Shown here in pieces: positions 49,031 through 57,157 of a stretch of 64,000 nucleotides of DNA. The notes under the pieces are model-generated. The model was not told where the DNA came from. It ran no database searches and saw nothing but the letters and a program-made list of their open reading frames with translations. The DNA comes from Planctomycetota bacterium (GTDB lineage Bacteria; Planctomycetota; B15-G4), in contig BQJR01000002.1 in the NCBI GenBank assembly GCA_021604805.1, positions 133,078 through 197,077 on the forward strand, in the 5' to 3' direction. Numbering within the stretch: position 1 is the first letter of the stretch; every line of letters begins with the position of its first letter. The position numbers and the translations under genes are program-made.

Positions 49031-51811
49031 TCAGGGGATGTGCGCTCGCAGCGCGTTGCTGAGCGAGACGTTCTGCGCAGCGGCGAAGTCCTGGATCGCG
49101 AACTGCATGTCGAAGATCAGTCCCGCGAGGCCACTCGGGAAGCTGGCGAAGGCCAAGCTCCGGCTGCCCGACGCGTTGGTCGTGAAGGCTTTGATCAACG
49201 TCGCGGGGAACGGCACGAGCGTGCCGCCCTTGAAGGCGATCGGGTCGCTCGCGAGGGACGCGAACAGCAACGTCGGCGCGGATGCCGCCGCCAAGCTGAG
49301 CTCCACCGCGCCCGCCGACGCCGGTTGCAAGCTGCCCGTGCCCTGCAGCAGCGGCGCCTGGTCGGTGCCGTTCCAGAGCCCATGGCCGAGGTGCTCCCAA
49401 GGAGACGGCGGCACCGCGCAGCCGGCCCAGCGCGCGACGTAACTGTCGCCACTGCCAGGCACGCTGAGGAACGCGCCGCCGGCGTAGAGCGCGGCGTCTG
49501 CGCCGGTCGCGTCGTCGCTGGCGAGCAGCGCGTGCACGTCGTCGGAGGCGCCGTCGCCGAGGCTCGACCAGAGGCCGTCCCAGCGCGCCACGTGCGGCGC
49601 GGACTGCATGCCCGCCATGTTGAACGTGCCGCCGACGAAGAGCGCCGGTCCGCTCCCGTCGTCGTGAACGGCGAGCGCGGTGCCCGACGCGTGGAATCCC
49701 GGTCCGAAGGTGAGGCCGTCACCGAGCGCGGCCCAACGCACGCCGTTCCACTTGGCAATGCCGACGGCCTCTGCACCGTCGATCTCATCGAAGCTTCCCG
49801 CGAGATAGAGCTCGGGCCCGAAACCCTCGCCGTCGTCGAAGACCGCCAACGCGAAGCCTGACTGCGAGATGAGCGAGCCGACTTCTCCGACCTCGCCCAC
49901 CGCCGACCACCCCCCCACACCGTTCCAGCGCGCGATGCGCTGAGCTGGGACGCCGAGGCCGGCCTTCAGGAACTGACCTGTGACGTACAGCACCGGTCCG
50001 TCGCCGCGCCCGTCGTCGTAGGCTGCCATGTCGAGCACGCTGGGGACGGCGCCGTTGTTGTCGAACACGCCGCCGCCGACATCGCGCCATGAGTTTCCGG
50101 TCCAGCGTGCGACATGCCGCGCCGGCGCTTTGAAGTAGCCGCCCGCGAACAGCTCCGGCCCGTTGCCGAGGTCGAGCACACGCAAGCAGTGCACCTCGTC
50201 GTCGAGGGGTGCGCCGGGCAATGCTGCCCACTGCGAGCCGTCCCAGCGCGCGATGTGTGCAGCGGGCATCCCGTCGGCGAGCGTGAAGCGGCCGCCGGCG
50301 TAGAGCGCGCTGCCGCTGCCATCGTCGAACACCGCGAGGGCGCGCACGGTGCCCGGGAATCCGAAGTAGGCAAGACCGGTGCCCAGCGGCTGCCACACGC
50401 CGTCGACGAAACGCGCGATGCCGCGCAGCGAGGTGTCGCCGTACTGGTTGAACTCGCCGCCGGCGAAGAGCACGGGACCACCGCCGTCGTCGAACTCGGC
50501 GAGCGCGCGCACGCGGTCGTCGAGGTTGAGCGGACCGAGTCGCTCGTAACCGTCGGGGCCCCACGCCGTGACGTGAAAGGCGTCCACGCCGCCGGCCACC
50601 TCGAAGTCGCCAGCGAGGAACAACTTCTCGCCGGAGCCGTCGTCATGCGGGAGCAGCGCGAAGCCCTTGGGGCTGCCGGCGTACAGTCCGCCGCCGAGGC
50701 TGGCCGCGGGCGAGGCCCAACTCGAGCCGTCCCAGTTCGCGAGTCGACCCGCGGCGCTGCCGCCGGCGCTGGTGAGCGAACCGGTGACCCACAGTCGGCC
50801 CTGGTACACGGCGAAGTCGGCGGCCACGAGGTTGTCGAGCGTCTGCAGACCGCCGAGGGAGAGTCCGGTGCCGAGCTTCGAGTAGCCTCCGCCGCCGAAA
50901 CCGTTCCACTTGGCGACGCTGCGCACTTCGCCGGCGCCTTGGATCTCTCTGAAGTTGCCGCCCACGTAGAGCGCGTCGCCGCCGCCGTCGTCGTAGATCT
51001 CGAGACACGCTCCGACGCCGAGTGACGACGCGGCGCCGAGGCCCGGGCCGAGGTTCGACCAAGCGCTGCCGTCCCACCGCGCGATGCTGCGCGCCGACGA
51101 CCCGCCCGCGACCGTGAAGTGCCCGGTGGCGTAGAGCTTCGAGCCCGAGCCGTCGTCGAAGCCACGCAGGGCGCGCACTTGCGGCTGAGCGCTGGTGGCG
51201 AAGTCGAAGTCGACGCCGCCAGCGAGGCTCGACCACGTGCTGCCGTCCCAGCGCGCGATGCCCGACGCGGCCTGGCCGCCGGCGGTCACGAGCACGCCGC
51301 CCGCGAAGAGCGCGGGGCCGCTGCCGTCGTCGAAGACCTCGAGCGCGTAGACCGATCCGAGGATGCCGGTGCCGAGCGCGCTCCAGTTCGCGCCGTCCCA
51401 GCGCGCGAGTCCGCCGGTGGACAGGCCATCCGCGGTCTGGAACTCGCCGCCCACATAGAGGGCGTCGCCGCCGCCGTCATCGAACACGGCGAGCGCGTGC
51501 ACTTGCACGTCGAAGCTCGAGTCGAGTGCACCGCCGACGTTGTCCCACGCCGCGCCGTCCCAGCGCGCGAGCCCGCCCGCGTCGCTCAGTCCCGACGTGG
51601 ATTCGAATCTGCCGCCCACGTAGAGCTGCTCGCCGCTGCCGAGACCATCGTCGAAGGTGGCAAAGGCGAAGCCAGGTCGGTCGAGACCTGCGATGCCGCC
51701 GAAGGTGGGTTGCCACTCGGGATCACAAAGCTGCGCGGCCGCGGCGCTCGTGAGCACAAGCCCCGCGAGCAAAACGCACATCGTCAGCCCAACTCGTCGG
51801 AGGTTGCGCAC
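49031..51811 (-). CDS. Secreted 14-repeat beta-propeller-like protein with shared C-terminal domain
   Basis: Start at GTG 51811 (VRNLRRVGLTMCVLLAGLVLTSAAAAQ) or ATG 51781. There are 14 copies of a ~50-55-aa unit marked by (I/L/V)A(R/K)W(D/N)G..W..LG and F(D)DG.G..LY.GG.F. The C-terminal ~120 aa resemble the other exoprotein C-termini. Confidence 0.8.
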   Translation of the reverse strand: MRNLRRVGLTMCVLLAGLVLTSAAAAQLCDPEWQPTFGGIAGLDRPGFAFATFDDGLGSGEQLYVGGRFESTSGLSDAGGLARWDGAAWDNVGGALDSSFDVQVHALAVFDDGGGDALYVGGEFQTADGLSTGGLARWDGANWSALGTGILGSVYALEVFDDGSGPALFAGGVLVTAGGQAASGIARWDGSTWSSLAGGVDFDFATSAQPQVRALRGFDDGSGSKLYATGHFTVAGGSSARSIARWDGSAWSNLGPGLGAASSLGVGACLEIYDDGGGDALYVGGNFREIQGAGEVRSVAKWNGFGGGGYSKLGTGLSLGGLQTLDNLVAADFAVYQGRLWVTGSLTSAGGSAAGRLANWDGSSWASPAASLGGGLYAGSPKGFALLPHDDGSGEKLFLAGDFEVAGGVDAFHVTAWGPDGYERLGPLNLDDRVRALAEFDDGGGPVLFAGGEFNQYGDTSLRGIARFVDGVWQPLGTGLAYFGFPGTVRALAVFDDGSGSALYAGGRFTLADGMPAAHIARWDGSQWAALPGAPLDDEVHCLRVLDLGNGPELFAGGYFKAPARHVARWTGNSWRDVGGGVFDNNGAVPSVLDMAAYDDGRGDGPVLYVTGQFLKAGLGVPAQRIARWNGVGGWSAVGEVGEVGSLISQSGFALAVFDDGEGFGPELYLAGSFDEIDGAEAVGIAKWNGVRWAALGDGLTFGPGFHASGTALAVHDDGSGPALFVGGTFNMAGMQSAPHVARWDGLWSSLGDGASDDVHALLASDDATGADAALYAGGAFLSVPGSGDSYVARWAGCAVPPSPWEHLGHGLWNGTDQAPLLQGTGSLQPASAGAVELSLAAASAPTLLFASLASDPIAFKGGTLVPFPATLIKAFTTNASGSRSLAFASFPSGLAGLIFDMQFAIQDFAAAQNVSLSNALRAHIP

Positions 51812-52462
51812 GACGCTCTCCCGCGCGCCCGCTCCCCAGCAACCGCGCGGCGCACGCTCGCGCCCTCCGCTCAATCGCAACGGGCGCGCGGCACCTCGAA
51901 ACACGGTGAGTGTCCAGACGACGCCCTCGCGAGGATACAGCGACCCTGTGAACTCGCAAGCTCGCGCGACTGCGAAGCTGAACCTCCGGCCGACGTTGCG
52001 ATTGTTGCCGAGGAGCTGAGCCCTTGCCCAGCGATGTCGGACAGCGCGAGCGCTGAGGCTTCGTGCGACATCATGAGGTTTGCATCACGCGAGGCTCCAC
52101 CATCCGACGAGCATGATGACGGCGGTCAGGTCGTTGAGAAACGGCACACCGGGCTGCATTCAGAGCCCTTGGAGCACGCATTCCCCGTTCGTGTGCTCGC
52201 GACGCGACGACTCGACAACGAGCATCTGGCTCCACATCGCCGCCCTTCAGCTCGCAATCGTACTCTGGTAGGCCAGTGCCGCCACTCCACGCGAAGGCCC
52301 GAGCGTGAGCACCCTCTCCTCGGCCGTCCCCACCAACCGCACCCGGAGGGCGCGCCGTGAGCGAAGGCTGCCGGAATCGAAGCAGGGTTCGCCGCCGCGT
52401 GGCATGCTCGGAACAGCGCGGGCCAAGGCTCGCGCGGGATCTTCCCCACGTGGAGCAGTGCG

Positions 52463-55129
52463 ATGCATCGCCCTCGATCTCTCGATCTGTGTCTCACCCT
52501 GTTCGCACTCACTTGGCTTGTTGCCCCTGCACGTTCGCAGGAGAGCGCCGCACTCTTCGACGCGCCGGTTGTGGTGACCGACCCCTTGAGTCGCTTCGAC
52601 CTGGTGCTCGACCTCGATGCCGACGGCTACGCCGATGCTGTCGAGTGGTGGTGGAGCTCCGCCGACAGCTCCGAGAGCGTGCGAGTGAGCGGCTGGCTCA
52701 ACGATCAGTCGGGCAAGTTGACCAAGACGTGGACGAGCATGCTCGCCATGCCCGAACCCGACCTCGCGTTCGTGGGCGGCTCCGGTGTCGGCAACTTCGA
52801 CGGCGATGCGCGCGACGACTTCGCACTGACCTTCGGCAAGCACGTGTTCGTGTTCTCGTCGAACGGATCGGCGCCACCGACGCAGCTCCTCGGGCTCACG
52901 AGACCTGACACGATCCAATCCACGCTCGTGGCCGACTTCGATCTCGACGGGCTCAGCGACATCGCGATCAACACGCACAAGACCGTTGAGCTGCACTTCA
53001 ACCCAAGCGGCGGCTCGGGTTTCGCCCTGGCCGGAAGCTTCGGCATCGACGGCGAGAACAAGCTCTGGCTCAGTGAAGTGAATGGCGACGACGCGCCCGA
53101 CCTGATGAACGTGGACGGCCCGCAAGTTGTCTTCCACGAGATCGTCAACGGGCAACGCGTGAGCCAGTTCGCGCTCGACCACGAGCTCGGCGGCGACTCG
53201 AACCTCGCGCCGCTCCTGGGCGACATCGATGGCGACGGTGACGACGACGTCGTCGCCTTCCGCGAAGGCTTGTACCGTGTGTTCCGGCGCAGCGGGCCCA
53301 CGACCTTCAACTCCGAACTCGTGCGCGCGGGCGGCCCCGCCACGATGCTCGCCGACGTGGACGGCGACGGCGACCTCGACGGCGCCTGCTGTGCCGGCGG
53401 CGGAGGGGGTGATCCCGGCGCCTTGAAGCAGTCGGCGATGTTCGAGATCTCACTCAACGACGGCACGGGGAACTTCGCCCCGGGCTACGGCATCGTCTCG
53501 CTGGGCACCACCTCCCTGGGCATCGCGGGTGTCGCCGACCTCGATCACGACGGCGACACGGATCTCATCGCCGGCCGCACCGTGTACTACGCCTCCGAGA
53601 ACGGGCTCGGCACACCGCGCCACGTCGAACTCAATCACCAACTGTTCTATGCGCACGACGTGGTCGACCCGGATGGCGACGGCGACACCGACCTGAACTT
53701 CGGCGAAGTGACGTACCTCGCGAACCAGGGTGAAGGCGCTTTCACTTCGAGGTCGACCGACATCGCGACCCCGCCCGTAGGCGTCAAGTGGCGCGGCCCC
53801 GGCTACCCCGGCGACTTCGATGGCGATGGCGACGTCGACCTGTTGCTCAGCAAGTGGACCGGCCAGTTCACGTTCCCGGTGTTCCTCGGCATGCGCCTGC
53901 TGGTCAACAACGGCGCGGGCATGCTCTTCGACGCGGGGGACGCAGCCGCGCCCGAGGTCTTCATGAACGTGAGCGGGCTCACCGACTGGGACGACAACCC
54001 CGACGACTCGGTGATCGCGGATGTCGACGGTGACGGCGACGTCGACCTGATCTGTCGCTCGCTCGAACTCATGACGAGCCGCGTCTTCCTCAACGACGGC
54101 GCCGGCTTCTTCGTCGAAGGCGTGGAGTTCCCGCTGGCTGCCGTGCGTCACGTGGCCGACCTGAACGGTGATGCGCACCCCGACCTCGTGGTGTCTTCCA
54201 CGCAACTCGGTGTGCGCTTCGGCCGCGGCGGCGGGGAGTTCAGCGCCGTGACCTGGCTGCCCGCCAGCCAAACAGAGTTCGAAGACCTCACCGACTGCGG
54301 TGACCTCGACAGTGACGGCGATGTCGACATCGCGCTCGTCGACTCCGCCTCGAACACGATCACGCTGCACCACAACAACGGCGCGGGCAACTTCACCACC
54401 GACACAACCAGCCTCGCCGCGTACACCACGGACGACACGTCCCCCTCGCTGCGCCGCGCCTTGATCTTGGATGTGGATCTCGACGGCCGCAACGACCTGC
54501 TGGTCACGTCGCCGACCGACGCGAGCCCGGCCAGCTACATCTTCCGCCAGCTCCCCGACGGAACGCTCGACGCGCCGCTGATCCAAGTCGTGCGGCCGAC
54601 GGCCTTCGGCGATGTCGACGGAGACGGCGACCTCGACCTGCTCTCCGATCGATTCAGCTTCAACGAACTGTTGCCGACGCTCCCCTCGCGCGTGATCGAC
54701 AACCGCGCGTTCGAGAACCCCGACTCGGGTCGCGTGCTGCAGTTCGGCAGCTCGAAGCCCGGCACCGCAGGGCAAGCGCCGTTGCTCGGCGCCAGCGGGC
54801 CGCTTCGCGTGGGTGACGTCGTGACGATTCACCTCACGGGAGTGCAGGCGGGCCAGCTCGGCGTCGTGAGTGTCGGCCTCAACCAGACCGACTTGCCCAA
54901 CACGCCCTGGTTCAACGTGACCGCTTACACCTGGCCGTGGCTCGCCTTCAAGCTGCTGCCAGCGCCGGGTTCAGGCCAGCTCCCCGGTGACGCGGGGCTG
55001 CAGCTCTCCTACGTGGTCGATCCGAGCTTCCCCGCCGTGGGACCGATCTACCTTCAAGCGATCTTCGACGACCCCGAAGCGATCGCAGGACGCACGTACT
55101 CGAACGGACTCATGCTCGAGCACGAGTGA
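52463..55129 (+). CDS. Secreted FG-GAP/VCBS repeat protein with shared C-terminal domain
   Basis: Signal-like MHRPRSLDLCLTLFALTWLVAPARSQ. More than 12 repeats of the D.DGDGD.D type (LDLDADGYADAV, GDIDGDGDDDVV, ADVDGDGDLDGA, ADLDHDGDTDLI, DPDGDGDTDLN, GDFDGDGDVDLL, ADVDGDGDVDLI, GDLDSDGDVDIA, GDVDGDGDLDLL). Confidence 0.88.
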   Translation: MHRPRSLDLCLTLFALTWLVAPARSQESAALFDAPVVVTDPLSRFDLVLDLDADGYADAVEWWWSSADSSESVRVSGWLNDQSGKLTKTWTSMLAMPEPDLAFVGGSGVGNFDGDARDDFALTFGKHVFVFSSNGSAPPTQLLGLTRPDTIQSTLVADFDLDGLSDIAINTHKTVELHFNPSGGSGFALAGSFGIDGENKLWLSEVNGDDAPDLMNVDGPQVVFHEIVNGQRVSQFALDHELGGDSNLAPLLGDIDGDGDDDVVAFREGLYRVFRRSGPTTFNSELVRAGGPATMLADVDGDGDLDGACCAGGGGGDPGALKQSAMFEISLNDGTGNFAPGYGIVSLGTTSLGIAGVADLDHDGDTDLIAGRTVYYASENGLGTPRHVELNHQLFYAHDVVDPDGDGDTDLNFGEVTYLANQGEGAFTSRSTDIATPPVGVKWRGPGYPGDFDGDGDVDLLLSKWTGQFTFPVFLGMRLLVNNGAGMLFDAGDAAAPEVFMNVSGLTDWDDNPDDSVIADVDGDGDVDLICRSLELMTSRVFLNDGAGFFVEGVEFPLAAVRHVADLNGDAHPDLVVSSTQLGVRFGRGGGEFSAVTWLPASQTEFEDLTDCGDLDSDGDVDIALVDSASNTITLHHNNGAGNFTTDTTSLAAYTTDDTSPSLRRALILDVDLDGRNDLLVTSPTDASPASYIFRQLPDGTLDAPLIQVVRPTAFGDVDGDGDLDLLSDRFSFNELLPTLPSRVIDNRAFENPDSGRVLQFGSSKPGTAGQAPLLGASGPLRVGDVVTIHLTGVQAGQLGVVSVGLNQTDLPNTPWFNVTAYTWPWLAFKLLPAPGSGQLPGDAGLQLSYVVDPSFPAVGPIYLQAIFDDPEAIAGRTYSNGLMLEHE

Positions 55130-55164
55130 GCGCGCGCGGAGCAACGTGCTCGCCCGACGCTACA

Positions 55165-55232
55165 CCCCGACTGCCGCCGCGCTCCACGCCGACTGCCGCC
55201 GCGTTACGCCCCGACCGCCGCCGCGCTCCACA
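55165..55232. repeat. Three tandem ~20-24-nt copies of the terminal coding sequence of the aconitase-family gene (CCGAC[TC]GCCGCCGCG[CT]T[CA]C[AG])
   Basis: ccgactgccgccgcgctccacg / ccgactgccgccgcgttacg / ccccgaccgccgccgcgctccaca, read directly. The third copy is the start of the left direct repeat. The intact gene has a single copy at 58951-58970. Confidence 0.75.
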
Positions 55233-55637
55233 TCCCCGCCGTGTAGCTCGCGATCTTTCCTTCGATCGCCGACACGCTGACTTGCTCGGTGGTTTCCGAC
55301 ACGCCGGGGCCGCAGCCGATGCACGCGCCGCAGCCCGGGTTGATGATCGTGACGCCGGCGGCCTTGAAGGTGTCGAGCCAGCCGCGCTCTTCGGCGACGC
55401 GTTGCGTGGCCTCGCTGCCGAACTGGATGAAGAACTCCACGCCGTCGGCGACTTTCTTGCCCGCGGCGACGGCTTCGCTCATCACGCGCGCGTACATCTC
55501 GAAGTCGTCGACCTTGCTGGCGGTGCACGAACCGCCGTAGGCGATGTCGATGAACACATCGCCGAGATCGTCGACGATGGCTGCGTTCGTCGGGTCGCTC
55601 GGGATGCCCTTGTTGGGGTCACCGGGGTGCGCCACCA
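55204..55637 (-). pseudogene. Displaced 3'-terminal fragment of an aconitase-family gene (duplicate of 58942-59453) with a 78-nt internal deletion
   Basis: The translation VAHPGDPNKGIPSDPTN...YGGSCTASKVDDFEMYARVMSEAVAAGKKVADGVEFFIQFGSEATQRVAEERGWLDTFKAAGVTIINPGCGACIGCGPGVSETTEQVSVSAIEGKIASYTAGMWSAAAV matches the last ~170 aa of the 58942-60933 product. It lacks the first ~500 aa and the 26 aa NRNFQGRSGPGKLYLASPLTVAASAI. The N-terminal 20 aa of ORF 55204..55707 are unrelated junction sequence. Confidence 0.85.
55213..55637. repeat. Left direct repeat (DR-L) flanking the low-GC island
   Basis: 425 nt. By-eye alignment to 58951-59453 gives roughly 90% identity. Identity is highest near the gene's stop and decays toward the island. 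A 78-nt gap lies between two gatcgc microhomologies. Confidence 0.85.
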
Positions 55638-55750
55638 GCGGCCACTGCGTGGCCAGGCAGAGGACTCGACGGCTGCGGTTGCTTGCTCGTCGAGCAACAC
55701 TCACCATTCAAGACTCGATGCAACCAGCAATCCAACAAGCAAAGGGTCAT

Positions 55751-57157
55751 TCAATCAAAGAGGAGCAGCTGGTTCTCGTGGCTGCCGGAGCGAACAGAAA
55801 TCCACTGCGCCAACTCCGCAGCACGAAATCCGGATCGACTAAGGCGCTTTCCACGCCCGGGATTAGCAATCCCGACACAAACCCCAGCCAGCATTAGAGC
55901 TCGAGTGCATTCGATTACGTTCTTGTCTATGTGCTCGATGTCACCATTAAAGTTTACCGGATGACCACGAGACATCAGTGTAAAGCGATGCCCATCATCG
56001 TCTTTGCAGATATAGTCACCGAAAACTTTTGCATAGCGCGAACTCGGCGAGTCCACAGCACGCCACGCGGGCGAGAGCTCCAACTCGGGCATCTCCAAGA
56101 GCCCCCGATACTCGACGTCGGAGGACGACACACTTGCGAGGAATAGCGGCTTTGAATACCCCCACTTATGGAGCATCGCGACACCAGCCGAACCACCTGA
56201 CACCTTCCCCGTCGCACCGATTACTACCCAGTAATCCACTGACCGATGAGCTAGTGGCTGAATGAGATGTGAGCGTTGCAATAGCTGCACGCGAGATGCA
56301 TCACGATCGAGCCCTACAACCGAAGCAGCTCTATCAGCCAAACCCTCGCAGGTGGCCGCACCAATTGCTCCAAGCCCAACAACAACTACACCAGCCTGAG
56401 CCAATCGACAATCATATATTGCAAGTCGGTTTTCGATCTCACGCAGGCTCGCCTCGGCGATTGCTCGAGCTTCATACCTCCGCTTCCATCGAGTTCTCGC
56501 TGGAGCGAGGAAAGAGGAATCTTTGGAGATACCCCCTTCGGCGCGCATTCGCCTGAATGAATCAAGCATCTCTACACCGCTAGTCGTTTGCTCAATCACA
56601 ACAACCCTAGCGCGAATGCCAGCATTCTTGACCGACTGCCCCAGGATCCCTCCATCATCAAGCACAATCAAGCAATCGACATCAGATCCCTCATGCACCC
56701 GTACAGCACCTTCATCAACCACATCTCGAGCTACGGACTGTAAGGCATCGCCTGTCGGCATTCTCGCCATGGACGCAGCATAGTCATCCGGTTGATCAAT
56801 AACTGTGCAGCCCCAGCGCCGCAGGACCTGAACCACAAAGGGGTGCGCCGAGTACGGTTTTGTTCCGAGCACACAACGACTTGGCTCCAATCCCAGTTTC
56901 AGCAATGCTGCGACAAGCGGAAGCTGCGACGCGAGACAGTGCTGCATCCCCACGAGCACGCAACGCTTTAATGAGACTTTTGAATAGGTCGCTAGCACCT
57001 GCCCCAGCATGGGCATGCGGTAGGCATCTAGAAGTGCGCGTTCGGCAACCTCGGCAAGAGCAGGATTCGCGAGCGTTCGCTGAGCCCAGCACTCTCGCTG
57101 CAAGACGACTGACGGGTAGTCAGGCTTCATTGACAGACTTTTCATCAGCATCCTCAC
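55751..57157 (-). CDS. Divergent S-adenosyl-L-homocysteine-hydrolase-fold NAD-binding protein (island gene 3)
   Basis: 468 aa. Block-wise collinear with SAH hydrolase: RMPMLGQVLATYSKVSLKRCVLVGMQHCLASQLPLVAALLKLG versus EMPGLM..Y...[37 protein letters not shown] versus LDDGGDL; EQTTSGV versus EETTTGV; VVVVGLGAIGAATCEGL...VVGLDRD versus VAVVAGYGDVGKGCAQAL...VIITEIDP; SSSDVEY versus GHFDVEI; SRGHPVNF versus AEGRLVNL. The start is ambiguous: GTG 57157, or ATG at 57151, 57145 or 57130. Confidence 0.75.
   Translation of the reverse strand: MRMLMKSLSMKPDYPSVVLQRECWAQRTLANPALAEVAERALLDAYRMPMLGQVLATYSKVSLKRCVLVGMQHCLASQLPLVAALLKLGLEPSRCVLGTKPYSAHPFVVQVLRRWGCTVIDQPDDYAASMARMPTGDALQSVARDVVDEGAVRVHEGSDVDCLIVLDDGGILGQSVKNAGIRARVVVIEQTTSGVEMLDSFRRMRAEGGISKDSSFLAPARTRWKRRYEARAIAEASLREIENRLAIYDCRLAQAGVVVVGLGAIGAATCEGLADRAASVVGLDRDASRVQLLQRSHLIQPLAHRSVDYWVVIGATGKVSGGSAGVAMLHKWGYSKPLFLASVSSSDVEYRGLLEMPELELSPAWRAVDSPSSRYAKVFGDYICKDDDGHRFTLMSRGHPVNFNGDIEHIDKNVIECTRALMLAGVCVGIANPGRGKRLSRSGFRAAELAQWISVRSGSHENQLLLFD

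Noticed and set aside
55204-55707. 167-aa ORF as a functional small aconitase-like gene
   Set aside because: It corresponds only to the last quarter of an aconitase-family protein, lacks the NRNFxGR segment (78-nt deletion), and has an N-terminus made of junction sequence. It is treated as a pseudogene remnant of the insertion event.
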